Source of the DNA: a virus
Lineage: Duplodnaviria; Caudoviricetes
Virus record (IMG/VR): IMGVR_UViG_3300036804_000165
Coordinates: 792 to 64,791 of that record
Strand: one strand, 5' to 3'
Length of the DNA: 64,000 nucleotides
How positions within the stretch are numbered: position 1 is the stretch's first letter; the number at the start of each line of letters is the position of its first letter. A program made the position numbers and the translations under genes. Shown here piece after piece: positions 54,854 through 64,000 of this stretch. The notes below the pieces were generated by a model. The model saw nothing but the letters and a program-made list of their open reading frames with translations, was not told where the DNA came from and searched no databases.

Positions 54854-56170
54854 TTACGTCACCGCGCGAACCGCCGCGCGCTCCTCGTCGCGCTCGCGCT
54901 GCGCCAGATCGGGGTTGGCTTTGCGCACCGCGACGCGGGCGGCGATCAGGCTGAGCTTGGGATCGGCCTTGCGCAGCGTTTCCGCTTGCGCCGTGACCTC
55001 GGCCTGCGCCTGCCCGCCGGTCGGCGGCAGTCCGCCGGAGCCGCCGAACTCCTTGAACACCGCACCGGCCTTGGCCTGGGCGTTGGCCGCCTTGATCATG
55101 TCGAGCACCGCCTGGAACGCCGTGCCGTCGCCTTTCGACGCCTTGAGGATGGTCTCCGCCTGGGCATCGGCGAGGCCGATCTCCTTGGCGCGCTTCTGGA
55201 ACGTGATGACCTCCCGCTCGGCCTCGAAGGCTTCCAGCCGCTTGCGCAGATCGGCGGTCTCGCCCAGCGCCTTGGTCAGCCGCTTCGCGGTGTCGTCGTC
55301 GCCGTCGTCGGGTTCGGCGGCGTCCATCTGCGCGTCGCGGTCTTCCGGCGACTTGGCGAGGAACTTGCCCTTGGCGTCATCGGTCTTCAGCTTGTCGTGG
55401 AACGCCTTGTGCTTGGCGCTCATCTTCGCCTTGGTGATCTCCAACTCGGCGGCGGCGAGGCGCTTGTGCAAATCGGCGTTGGTGGCGACCACCTCGTCCA
55501 GCGTCGGCATGGTGTTGTCCTTCTGTTCGATTGTGACACCTGCCAGCGCGACATCGCGCATGGCCTTCTCGATCTGCTGCGGCATCGCGTCGCCCAGAAA
55601 GTCGCGGAACTCGGCGAGCGATTTGCCGATCGCGGTGGCTTTGTCGGCAACCGCGGTGTCGGCGAGGATCGAGGCGATCGACTTGCCCAGCGCGGTGGTG
55701 GCCTGATCGACGCTGGCGGCGGCGGCGTCGGCATAGGCGTCGGGATCCAGCGCGTCGGCCTGCGCCTTGCGCAAGCCCAGCCGGGTCAGCAGTCGGTCGA
55801 GCGGGCCATCGGCCTTGGCGGCTTTCCACGCATCGGGCAGCGCATCGGCGGCGCCCAGCGCGCGAGCGCGGCTCTTGATGTGCGCCTTGGCCTTCTCGGG
55901 ATCGGCCGCCCGGCCGACCGCCTTGATGGCGTTGTGCAGATCGGCGGTGTTCTCGATCGGAAACGAGCCGTCCGGCAGCGCCGCGCCCGAGGCGGCGAGG
56001 TCTTTGCGCTGATCGGCGGTGAAGCTGCGCTTGATGATGTCATCATAGTCCACCATGACGGTCGGGTTCCTTCGCTTGAAGAGGACATGCAGCGCGCCGG
56101 GGTTGGCCGGGGCGTCCACGAGGCTGACCTCGTCCACCCGCAGGCCCTTCAAGGTGTGCGCCCGGCCCAT
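54854..56170 (-). CDS. Scaffold / prohead-associated protein
   Basis: DEVSLVDAPANP; LPDGSFPI..DL.NAI; coiled-coil C-terminus. Confidence 0.7.
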   Translation of the reverse strand: MGRAHTLKGLRVDEVSLVDAPANPGALHVLFKRRNPTVMVDYDDIIKRSFTADQRKDLAASGAALPDGSFPIENTADLHNAIKAVGRAADPEKAKAHIKSRARALGAADALPDAWKAAKADGPLDRLLTRLGLRKAQADALDPDAYADAAAASVDQATTALGKSIASILADTAVADKATAIGKSLAEFRDFLGDAMPQQIEKAMRDVALAGVTIEQKDNTMPTLDEVVATNADLHKRLAAAELEITKAKMSAKHKAFHDKLKTDDAKGKFLAKSPEDRDAQMDAAEPDDGDDDTAKRLTKALGETADLRKRLEAFEAEREVITFQKRAKEIGLADAQAETILKASKGDGTAFQAVLDMIKAANAQAKAGAVFKEFGGSGGLPPTGGQAQAEVTAQAETLRKADPKLSLIAARVAVRKANPDLAQRERDEERAAVRAVT

Positions 56171-56172
56171 CG

Positions 56173-56751
56173 CTATGCTCCCACCGGCACGCGGCGGGCC
56201 TTGCCGCCGATCGAGAAACCCTTCAGCACGCCGCGCTTGACCAGGTCCCAGGCGTCGGGGTCGTTGACCCGGTAGCCGATGAACCAGCCGGTTTTGCCGA
56301 GATCGACGCCGAGCGCCTTCTGCACGTCCGCCGTCAGCACGATCGACTCCACCACATCGCCGCCGGAATGCGGCGTGCCGTCCGCCCGCAGCGCGTGCAG
56401 CACACCGCCCTCGCGGCTTTGCGCGACGAAATCGTGCGCCGCCTTGGTCATCTCGGCGTCCTCGACCTGATCGTCCTGATGATCGGTGACCAGCCGGCCG
56501 CCTTCGCTGTTGACCGTGGCCCAGCCGTAGACGGTGCGCAGTTCGTCGTTGACCTTGCTGATCGGCACATAGAACGACAGCGTCGCGTCGTCGGCTTTGC
56601 TGGTGGTTTCAGAGGGAACCTTCGTCGCGGTGTCGCCGATCAGCGCGATCGGCACAGAACGCCGACGCCGACGGCGGGATGTGCTTGCGATATGCACATC
56701 GCCGACGCTCGGGCTGTCCTTGATGATGTCGGCGAAGCTGCGCATCGGCAC
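56173..56751 (-). CDS. XkdF-like prohead serine protease
   Basis: VYGWA..DHQDD..AAHDF..W.LVK.G.LKGFSIGG. Confidence 0.8.
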   Translation of the reverse strand: MPMRSFADIIKDSPSVGDVHIASTSRRRRRRSVPIALIGDTATKVPSETTSKADDATLSFYVPISKVNDELRTVYGWATVNSEGGRLVTDHQDDQVEDAEMTKAAHDFVAQSREGGVLHALRADGTPHSGGDVVESIVLTADVQKALGVDLGKTGWFIGYRVNDPDAWDLVKRGVLKGFSIGGKARRVPVGA

Positions 56752-56830
56752 CCTGAATTTGCCGCAGTTGTCAATCGGAAACGTGTTCTACGCACATTCC
56801 GACATCAATTGCACCATCTATAGTGCCTAA

Positions 56831-57841
56831 TTATCCGGCGAAGCGGACAAATCGTTCGGTGCACCGACAGACCGGGTGCGGATCGGGCGGCGCGTCGAGT
56901 GGTCCGATCGGCGTCGCGTAGCGCTCATCCAGGCCGATACCCTCGGGATTCAGGCCCGGGATCGGTGCGCAAATCGCACAAACCAGTTCATCACCGGCGG
57001 TGAGCCAAAATCGCCGCACGCCTTCGCCGGTCAAGCCGGCATACTGCGTCCAGGCGGCCTTGCGGCCCTGGTTGGCCGCGCGCAGGCTTTCGGTGCGGGC
57101 GAGTCGCATCGCGCGGAACGCCCGGTAGCGCGCCGCGTAGCGCTCGACCATGCGATCGATCTGCGCCTCGTCCAGCCCGCCGCGCCGGGTCGCGGCATCA
57201 AACCGGCGATCGCGCAGCGCCCGGTTGAGCGGGCTGAGCGTGCCGGAATTGAGCGCGGCGCGGTAGTTCTGGATCGCGGTGGCCTCCTGCAACGTCATCC
57301 CCAGCGTGTCGCGCAGCTGCCGCGCGATCTGCGCCGGGCGCACCCCGGCGGACAGCCCCTGGCTCAGAATGTGTTCCGCTGTCGCCTGCGCGTTCGCCTC
57401 GACCCCGGCGACGATCTGCGCCGCCTGGGCCTGCTGCGCCGCGACCGTGGCGGGGTCCAGCGGATCGTAGGTGAGCGGGATGACGGCGGGGGTTTTCAGC
57501 TTCGAGGGGGCCGCCTTGAACACCGGCGCATCGGCGATGCCGAGCGAGGCTTCGATCGCGGACTGATCATGGGTCAGCGCGATGCGGTTGAGCGCGGGAC
57601 GCAGCGCCGGGGCGAGCCGTTCCAGCGCGAGGTGATCCCACAGCGCATCGAAGCGGTTGGCCTGGATCGCGAGGCCCAGGCTTGTCGGGTTAAGCTCGCC
57701 GATGATCGCGTCGAAGCCCGCGCGCACCAGGGCCGCGATCGGCCGTTCCGCCCGCTCGGCCAGCACCCGCGCCGGATCGCTGCGCGGCTGGATTTGCCCC
57801 GCCCGGAGATAGGCCGGACGCACGCTGGCGGCGTAGGGCAT
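56831..57841 (-). CDS. Head morphogenesis protein (SPP1 gp7 / Mu gpF-like)
   Basis: ARTES..WLTAGDE.VC.IC..PHP.CRC. Confidence 0.8.
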   Translation of the reverse strand: MPYAASVRPAYLRAGQIQPRSDPARVLAERAERPIAALVRAGFDAIIGELNPTSLGLAIQANRFDALWDHLALERLAPALRPALNRIALTHDQSAIEASLGIADAPVFKAAPSKLKTPAVIPLTYDPLDPATVAAQQAQAAQIVAGVEANAQATAEHILSQGLSAGVRPAQIARQLRDTLGMTLQEATAIQNYRAALNSGTLSPLNRALRDRRFDAATRRGGLDEAQIDRMVERYAARYRAFRAMRLARTESLRAANQGRKAAWTQYAGLTGEGVRRFWLTAGDELVCAICAPIPGLNPEGIGLDERYATPIGPLDAPPDPHPVCRCTERFVRFAG

Positions 57842-59517
57842 CAGGCCCTGGCGCGGTGCTGGCGGGCACGCCGTTCGGCGGCGGCTTCCAGCATCTTGAT
57901 CACCGCCTGCGCGGCGTCGCGCTTGAGGTTAACGGTCGGGCCCCCCGAGGGCTTCTTCACCTGCCCGGTGCCGATCGCCTCGGCCGAGGGTACCTGGACG
58001 AAACCCGGACTGGCGGTGCGCTGCTCGACCGAGGGCGCGAGATCGTCGGGGGTTTGCAGGTCGGTGGTTTTCAGATCCTGCGGATTGGTCTGATCGTTGT
58101 CGGCATAGGCGGTGTCGCCCTTGTCCGGCATGCCGGCGGCGTCGCGCAGATAGTTCTCCAGGTCGTCGTCCGGGAACATCTGCATCCCCGACTGCGCCAG
58201 CTTGAGCACGAAATCGCTGATCGCGCCGAGATCGATGCGCTGGGCGAGGTCGGGGACATATTCCGGCATCAGCGCCGGATCGAGCGCGTTCAACTGCCAC
58301 ACCCGAGGCAGCAGATAGCGGTTGACCACGGCGGCGATGGCGTTGATCCAGCCCTCGATCGCCTGGAAGAACATATCCACCTTGTTCTCGGCGAGCGACT
58401 GGGTGCCGTGCGCGGCGTGGCCCAGCGCGATGAAGTCCGCCAGCATGGTCATCAGCATGTTAAGCTGGTGGCGGTGGATCACCTTGTCGCTGTCGACCGC
58501 CGCGCCGCCACGGCTTGCCGGGGTGATCAACTGGAACTCGTACATCCGCACGCTGCCCTGCGCCCCGGCGGCGGTCGGCCACGTATTGCTCGGCAAGAGC
58601 AATCCCATCTGCTCGCCGATCTTGGTGTTGGTGACCATTTTTTTGTAGGCGTTGACCTGGGCGATGGCGTTGGGATCATTCGCGGCGGCGGCGTCCATCA
58701 GTTCCTGCGGCACGAACATGCAGGGCACGCCGGACATCCGCTCGTAGAAAATCGCCTCCTCTTCCTCGAACCGCTTGAGGAAGAACCACGAGCGGTAGCT
58801 GTTGCGCAGCATCGAGCGGCCTTCGGGGTTGCCTTTGTGCGCCGAGGGCCGGAACAGCAGCAGCTTCTCGATCGGGATGTTGACGGTCGGGCCGGTGTAG
58901 GGCTGCTGGGTCAGGCCCTCGATCTCGCCGTTGTCGCCGAAGAACCATTTGATCACCGTATCCTGGCCGCGGATCGGCAGCTTGCGCAGCCCGATGCGGC
59001 CGTCGTCGAACTGGCTCGACGGGGTTTCTTCATCGGTGTTGGTCGGATCATTGGGCTGACGGCCGAGCCGGCGCTTGTAGACGATTTCGTGCGGCGCGAA
59101 ACCGTACGGCAGCATCGACAGCGCCTCGGCGATGAAATCCTCCCAGGTGTGGCTCATGTCGAAGCGCAGGCTGTCGGCGAACTGTGCCTCGGCCAGCGCC
59201 TCGGGGGTGTCGTCGGCCGGTTTCACCCGCCAGTCGATCTTGCGCATCGTCTGGGTTACCGCAAACAGCATGGCTCCGATCGTGGCGTCGTTATCCGACA
59301 TCTCGCGATAGACCCGCGCCGCTTGGCGGCCTTGCAACTGCGGCAGGAACTCCTCGCGGACCCAGCCGGAATACTGCCGCAGCCCGGTCTGACCGACCTC
59401 GCGGAACGTCATACCCTGGTCGAACACCGGCGTGCCGTAGGTGCTGAGGTTCTGTCCGCGCTGCGCGTCCTGGCCGGGCGCGGGGCCGATCGGCGAGGCG
59501 GTTGGTGCGGTTGCCAT
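57841..59517 (-). CDS. Portal protein (DUF935-like)
   Basis: EEFLPQLQG..YREM.DND; NPEGRS.LR; follows terminase. Confidence 0.85.
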   Translation of the reverse strand: MATAPTASPIGPAPGQDAQRGQNLSTYGTPVFDQGMTFREVGQTGLRQYSGWVREEFLPQLQGRQAARVYREMSDNDATIGAMLFAVTQTMRKIDWRVKPADDTPEALAEAQFADSLRFDMSHTWEDFIAEALSMLPYGFAPHEIVYKRRLGRQPNDPTNTDEETPSSQFDDGRIGLRKLPIRGQDTVIKWFFGDNGEIEGLTQQPYTGPTVNIPIEKLLLFRPSAHKGNPEGRSMLRNSYRSWFFLKRFEEEEAIFYERMSGVPCMFVPQELMDAAAANDPNAIAQVNAYKKMVTNTKIGEQMGLLLPSNTWPTAAGAQGSVRMYEFQLITPASRGGAAVDSDKVIHRHQLNMLMTMLADFIALGHAAHGTQSLAENKVDMFFQAIEGWINAIAAVVNRYLLPRVWQLNALDPALMPEYVPDLAQRIDLGAISDFVLKLAQSGMQMFPDDDLENYLRDAAGMPDKGDTAYADNDQTNPQDLKTTDLQTPDDLAPSVEQRTASPGFVQVPSAEAIGTGQVKKPSGGPTVNLKRDAAQAVIKMLEAAAERRARQHRARA

Positions 59518-59535
59518 GGAAAATGCCCTTGCCTG

Positions 59536-60918
59536 TCAGTCCATTACCGCCCAGCCCTCTTGTTCCCGCGACTCGGTGAACACGTGGCCGGTGCCGATCG
59601 TAACAAAATAGCGGGTCAAACCCTTGAATGCAGTACTGGTCGCATCCGGCATGTCGTCATGGCTCGCCTCGGGGAAGGCTTCCAACTCCGAGAGGAACCG
59701 TTCATTCCACGGCCCGCGCAGGATCGACACGTTGCCCGCCTCGGCCTGCGCCGAGAACGGCGAAAACCGGGTGATCTTGTCGCCGCTCTCGACCGCCACC
59801 TTGACGATGTAGCCGCCCAGCGCGGCGACGAAGTCCTGCGCCTGGGATTTGCCCGCCTGGGCGGGGTCCTGCGGCAGATGGATCGCCACCCGCGCGCCGT
59901 CCTCGCTGGCGGTGTTGGCGATGAAGCGCTTGACCTCGCCCGGCGAGCCGCGCAGCCAGCGCGCGTCGAGCACGAAATACCGCCCGTCATAGGTGCGCCC
60001 CATCTTGCAGGCACAGGTCCAGTCGGGATCGTTGCTGCCGGTGTATTTCGTCGCCGCAAGATCCCAGCCGCGCTTGATCGTCAGATGCGCCGGGGCGATG
60101 TCGACCACGGGACACCACGAGCGCTGGAAATACAGCCCCGCGCTCGGCCTGATCTTCCAGTTGGCGCCGAGCAGCCGCTCGCGCTCGACCAGTTGCAGCG
60201 CCATCAGGTTGGCGCGATAGCCGGGGTCGGAGGCTTCGAGCGTCGGGTTGTCCGCCAGCGTGGCGCCGATGAAGGTCAGCGATTTCGGCTTCGCCTCGGG
60301 AAACCGCTCGACCATCTCGGCGTAGCTGTCGCCCCATTCGAGGCGGTCCTCGACGCGGACGAACCAGCGGATCACCCCCGAGCGTGCCTCGATCGCCAGC
60401 CCGGTGTCCTGGTCGATCCACCACGCGATCAACTCGGCGACCCAGCTATCGGCGTCGGGGTTGCAGGAGGCGCGGATGTAGCCGCGCACGCCCGACATCG
60501 AGCGGTTGCGGCTGAGCAGGTACCAGAACTGCGTCGAGGTGAACGTGGTCAACTCGTCGAAGCAGATCAGCGGCAACTCCGCGCCGTGCCAGTCGAGCTT
60601 GGTGCTCTCGTGCTCCAGATGCGCGAACTTGACCTTGCCGCCCTCGCGCCAGCGCCATTCCAGCGTGTAGGAGGGGATGCCGCCGACCAGCGGATAGAGC
60701 CGCATCGACTGATCCCACAGCCCGCCGGGGTTTTTGATCTGTGTCGTGGTGCGGCGAAAGTAGACCGCGGCGAATTTCGCGTTGCGCACCGCGTGGCGCA
60801 GCGTTTCCAGCAGCAGCGCCCAGGATTTGCCGCCGCCCGCCGCGCCGCCGAAGATGGCGATATCGGCGGTGCACGAGAGGAATTTCTCCTGCGGGCCGGT
60901 ATGCGGGCGGATTTCCAT
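59536..60918 (-). CDS. terL: Terminase large subunit
   Basis: PQEKF, Walker A GGAAGGGKS, Walker B ICFDELT, CNP, GWDLA, HDD.PDA. Confidence 0.95.
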   Translation of the reverse strand: MEIRPHTGPQEKFLSCTADIAIFGGAAGGGKSWALLLETLRHAVRNAKFAAVYFRRTTTQIKNPGGLWDQSMRLYPLVGGIPSYTLEWRWREGGKVKFAHLEHESTKLDWHGAELPLICFDELTTFTSTQFWYLLSRNRSMSGVRGYIRASCNPDADSWVAELIAWWIDQDTGLAIEARSGVIRWFVRVEDRLEWGDSYAEMVERFPEAKPKSLTFIGATLADNPTLEASDPGYRANLMALQLVERERLLGANWKIRPSAGLYFQRSWCPVVDIAPAHLTIKRGWDLAATKYTGSNDPDWTCACKMGRTYDGRYFVLDARWLRGSPGEVKRFIANTASEDGARVAIHLPQDPAQAGKSQAQDFVAALGGYIVKVAVESGDKITRFSPFSAQAEAGNVSILRGPWNERFLSELEAFPEASHDDMPDATSTAFKGLTRYFVTIGTGHVFTESREQEGWAVMD

Positions 60919-61640
60919 CAGCGTTCGGAGCGGCCGTTGTCGGGCAGGAAGATCGTCACCCGCGCGTCGCCGCCGCTGATCTGCACCGGCACCTCGATCT
61001 CGGCGGTGCGGCTTTTCGGCTGGAACTCCGGCCCGCCGAGCCGGTCGAGCAGATAGGTCTGCGCGCGCACGCTGCCGTTCTGCGCCGCTTTCGCCAGTTG
61101 ACCCTTGACCGAGGCGACGAAACGCTCGCGGCCCTCGGTCAGTTCCCGCGAAAAGTGCTTCACCAAAGTGGCTTCGGAGACGCCCTTGTCGCCGATCATC
61201 CCGGCGATCGTCGCCTGCGGCACCGCCATGCCGATCATCACCATGACGAACATGCGCTGTTCGTTGCTCGGCACGAAGCTGGGGTTGCCCAGCGGGTTGC
61301 CGGTGGACGCGTAGGGCTTGCGCTTGCGGCCCTGACGGTTGCGCGTGTCCTTCTTTTTCGGCTTCCCTGCGTCATGACCGACAAGCCGCTGTTCGTCCCG
61401 CTGATGGGGATTTGGTTCGACCTCTTCGAGCGGGGGGAGAAGTTCGATGAGTGGCGCAAGCTGGGCGCGCGATGGCGCGTAGGCAACTGCCCGCCGGGCC
61501 GGGCGGTTGTGCTGAGCCGGGGCTACAGCGGGCGACGGCTGAGCGCGCGCATCCTCCACGTCGCGGAGCGGCGCGCGATCGAGAACCCCGGCGCCTTCAG
61601 CCTCTACGGCGACGCACTCTGCCTGGTTATGACGCTGCAC
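60918..61640 (-). CDS. terS: Terminase small subunit (start uncertain)
   Basis: FVPSNEQR..PQATIA..SEATLVKHF..EL; directly upstream of terL; GTG 61640 preceded by AGAGGGG. Confidence 0.65.
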   Translation of the reverse strand: MQRHNQAECVAVEAEGAGVLDRAPLRDVEDARAQPSPAVAPAQHNRPARRAVAYAPSRAQLAPLIELLPPLEEVEPNPHQRDEQRLVGHDAGKPKKKDTRNRQGRKRKPYASTGNPLGNPSFVPSNEQRMFVMVMIGMAVPQATIAGMIGDKGVSEATLVKHFSRELTEGRERFVASVKGQLAKAAQNGSVRAQTYLLDRLGGPEFQPKSRTAEIEVPVQISGGDARVTIFLPDNGRSER

Positions 61641-61664
61641 CAGATTACCCCTCTGGTGGGATAG
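61374..61664 (+). CDS. ASCH/PUA-like domain protein
   Basis: LFVPLMGIWFDLFERGEKFDEWR..W..V.LSRGY. Confidence 0.6.
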   Translation: MTDKPLFVPLMGIWFDLFERGEKFDEWRKLGARWRVGNCPPGRAVVLSRGYSGRRLSARILHVAERRAIENPGAFSLYGDALCLVMTLHQITPLVG

Positions 61665-61851
61665 CGGGGAACGGGTCGCGCGTGTCGGCGAAGCGGCGGG
61701 CGAAGGCCACGATGGCGCGCTCGCATTCCGCGTCGCCCTCGCTGATATCGGCCAGCACCTCCGCCAGCGCGTCGACATTCGCGGCGAACACCCGCAGCGC
61801 CTGGGCCGCCTGCCGCAGCGCGTCGATCGCCTCGTCGTGGCGTTCGCTCAT
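61645..61851 (-). CDS. Hypothetical protein
   Basis: ATGA-type coupling to the ATPase gene. Confidence 0.55.
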   Translation of the reverse strand: MSERHDEAIDALRQAAQALRVFAANVDALAEVLADISEGDAECERAIVAFARRFADTRDPFPAIPPEG

Positions 61852-62954
61852 GTCAGCAGCACCGCGGCGTCGGCCTGCGCCATCGCGGGGCCGATGTATT
61901 CGAACACCGCGCAGGGTCGGGCCCCGAACACGCCGGTGATGGTCGTGGTCTCGTTGCGCGACGAGCGCACCCGGCCGGGCGGCTTGTCCAGGCGCCACAC
62001 CGGGGAGCGGTCATGCGCGCGGACGTAGCCCGGATGCGCGGGGTAGGAGCGCAGGCGAAACCCGCGCGCCTTGTAGGCGGCACCCAGCCGGTCGATCAGC
62101 GCGAAGATCAGCCCCATGCCCTGAAAGTCCGGCATCACCACGCCGCGCGAGAGGCCGTAGATGTTGCGCACCTTGGCGTGCGGGCGATACAGCGCGGCGG
62201 CGAACGCGGCGGGCGTGCCGTCCACCGACAGCACATAGCAGCGCGCGGCGCGGTGCAGATCGGCGCTCATATAGTGAAAGCGAGCGAACGCGTCCCACGC
62301 GGCGTAGGGGACGTGCGCGAGGGTGCAGGCGAGGCCGGGGCGTGGACAAACCGCCCTCCAGCGAAACGCCATGCTGGCCGGCTCAAACACCCAATCGGGC
62401 TGCAGCCAATCCTCCAGATCGTAGTGGCACGTCACCGCGACGAACTGCCGGCCCTGCTTGCGGATGTGCTTCTGCACCGCGTGGGCGCCGATATGCGCCA
62501 CCTGACGGTCCACCACGGAGGTGAACTCGTCGCACACCACGCGCGAGCCGCCTTCCAGCAGGCGCCGCGCCAGATCGACGCGGAACTGCTCGCCGTTGGA
62601 CAGCACGCGGTAGGGCCGGAGCCACGCGGGGATGGTGTTGAAGCCGACCGCCATGCAAATCTGGGTCACCGCCTCGACGGAATGGCGCTTGTCGAAATCA
62701 TCGATCACCGAGGCGCCTTCCCAGGCGAAGGACTGCGGCTCGCCGAACACCTTGCGCATCACCGTGGTCTTGCCCGCCCCGGACGGACCCACGATCAGCC
62801 CGACATTCCAGTCCCGCGCCTCGATCGGCAGGCTGCCGTGCCATTCGAGCCGTGCGGTCTGCGCAGGCGGCACGTCAAACATCGATGATACTTGTGCCGC
62901 ACGCACAGACTGCGAGATCGGGCTTTCAACGACGATGGCGACGTCGGGCATCAA
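61848..62954 (-). CDS. ABC-type ATPase fused to GNAT (Mom-like) acetyltransferase
   Basis: GPSGAGKTT, LSNGEQFR, DEFTSVVDR, VTCH; C-terminal F..FHY..SR.VV.PDFQG.GL. Confidence 0.85.
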   Translation of the reverse strand: MMPDVAIVVESPISQSVRAAQVSSMFDVPPAQTARLEWHGSLPIEARDWNVGLIVGPSGAGKTTVMRKVFGEPQSFAWEGASVIDDFDKRHSVEAVTQICMAVGFNTIPAWLRPYRVLSNGEQFRVDLARRLLEGGSRVVCDEFTSVVDRQVAHIGAHAVQKHIRKQGRQFVAVTCHYDLEDWLQPDWVFEPASMAFRWRAVCPRPGLACTLAHVPYAAWDAFARFHYMSADLHRAARCYVLSVDGTPAAFAAALYRPHAKVRNIYGLSRGVVMPDFQGMGLIFALIDRLGAAYKARGFRLRSYPAHPGYVRAHDRSPVWRLDKPPGRVRSSRNETTTITGVFGARPCAVFEYIGPAMAQADAAVLLT

Positions 62955-63075
62955 ACCACCCCTGGGTGCTGACGATCTCTTCCCCGGCGGGCGGGCGCGC
63001 GCGGATACAAAGAAGGACCGCTGTACAAAGAAGAGAGGATCGGCGACCGCGCTGTCAATGCCCGTTTTGCACAGG

Positions 63076-63705
63076 CTACAGGATCAGCGGGCGGCATTTG
63101 ATCGACCGGCCCTGCAACTCTTCCAGGATCGCGGCCTGGTCCGCCTCGTCGGTGCACTCGATAACCACCTGATATTGCAGACGGTCCGCCAGCCTCGGAC
63201 CCTCGGGATCATCCGCCTTGCCGAAATAGGTGCCCAGTTCGACGGCGGAAAATCCGGTCAAACTGAGGTCGAACCCCTCGGTTTGCAGGTCGCCCAGCTC
63301 GATCCGGAGCAATTCATTGTCCCAGCCGGCGTCCAAAGCGAGGCGGTTGTCGGCAATGATGTAGGCGCGGCGCTCGGCCGGGCTGAGATGCGACAGATCA
63401 ATCGTGGGAACGATCCGCAGATCGGCATGCCGGGCGATCAGCCCCGCCTTGTCGCGGATATTCGTCGCCGCTTGCAACCGCGCATGGCCCGCCAGGACGT
63501 CATCACCCGCGAGCAGCAGCGGATTGGTCCAGCCGAACTTCGCCAAGCTAAGCTCCAGCTTGCCGATCTGCTTGGCGCTGTGGGTGCGGCTGTTGTGGGC
63601 ATAGGGTCGCAGGCTGTCGATGGCGCGGTAGCGGATGGATAGCTGCCCCACAGGCACAGATGCCTCGGCGGGAATTTTTTTCGGCGCGTCGTGTTTGAAA
63701 GCCAT
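63076..63705 (-). CDS. ParB/Srx-like N-terminal domain protein
   Basis: LRPYAHNSRTHS..FGWTNP..LAGHARL.AA..AYIIADNRL..GWD. Confidence 0.85.
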   Translation of the reverse strand: MAFKHDAPKKIPAEASVPVGQLSIRYRAIDSLRPYAHNSRTHSAKQIGKLELSLAKFGWTNPLLLAGDDVLAGHARLQAATNIRDKAGLIARHADLRIVPTIDLSHLSPAERRAYIIADNRLALDAGWDNELLRIELGDLQTEGFDLSLTGFSAVELGTYFGKADDPEGPRLADRLQYQVVIECTDEADQAAILEELQGRSIKCRPLIL

Positions 63706-64000
63706 TGCGGCAAATCCTCCAGCGTGGCCTCCAAAGTGGCAGATTTGAAATTTTTCCGCGAGCGGCTCAGGGCTGCGTCCAGGCGTCGATCCTACCTACG
63801 GTTGCACTAATGGGCGTCGGTTGCGGAGGTGTCATTTCGGGGACAATAGGGTTGTGTCGTGTCCAACGATATCATGCACGCGCAACGTGCAGTGAGAGGC
63901 GGCTTAACATAATAATGAATTATGCGTTCTATCTACAGTTGCAGCCGACGTCAGCGGGCAGGCGGATCGATCGTTACACTTTAGCGCAACGGAACGCGCT

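Noticed and set aside
54272-56275. 667-aa plus-strand ORF
   Set aside because: Antisense shadow of head genes
57856-61056. 1066-aa plus-strand ORF
   Set aside because: Antisense shadow of portal and terminase genes
1-64000. Genome-wide stop-codon reassignment
   Set aside because: Core genes are full length under the standard bacterial code, and TAA, TAG and TGA all act as stops

Overview
This window is almost certainly most or all of a GC-rich tailed dsDNA phage genome (siphovirus-type). GTA-like tail genes and a GapR-like gene suggest an alphaproteobacterial host (inference). Layout: (1) a rightward early/accessory region at ~0.35-15.9 kb with ~38 small genes; (2) a leftward replication block at 16.1-20.7 kb with an initiator carrying internal palindromic iterons, a RuvC-like gene, a GapR/Rmf-like gene and a Cro-like gene; (3) a CI-like repressor, RecT, MarR, ParB, a lipase and small ORFs at 20.7-34 kb; (4) a long leftward late operon at 63.7-34.1 kb running ParB-like, ABC-ATPase/GNAT, terminase, portal, head, tail and lysis. 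No integrase, DNA polymerase, RNA polymerase, tRNA or cas gene was recognised. The most striking feature is a repeated, covarying intergenic module: a long hairpin, an abutting CCT..AGG hairpin, then the box TCAGAGGACACC and a start codon. It heads 24 gene units of the early region, giving it the look of a gene-cassette array. The leftmost leader also carries a near-complement of that box. All protein family calls are from motif recognition by eye, not database searches.
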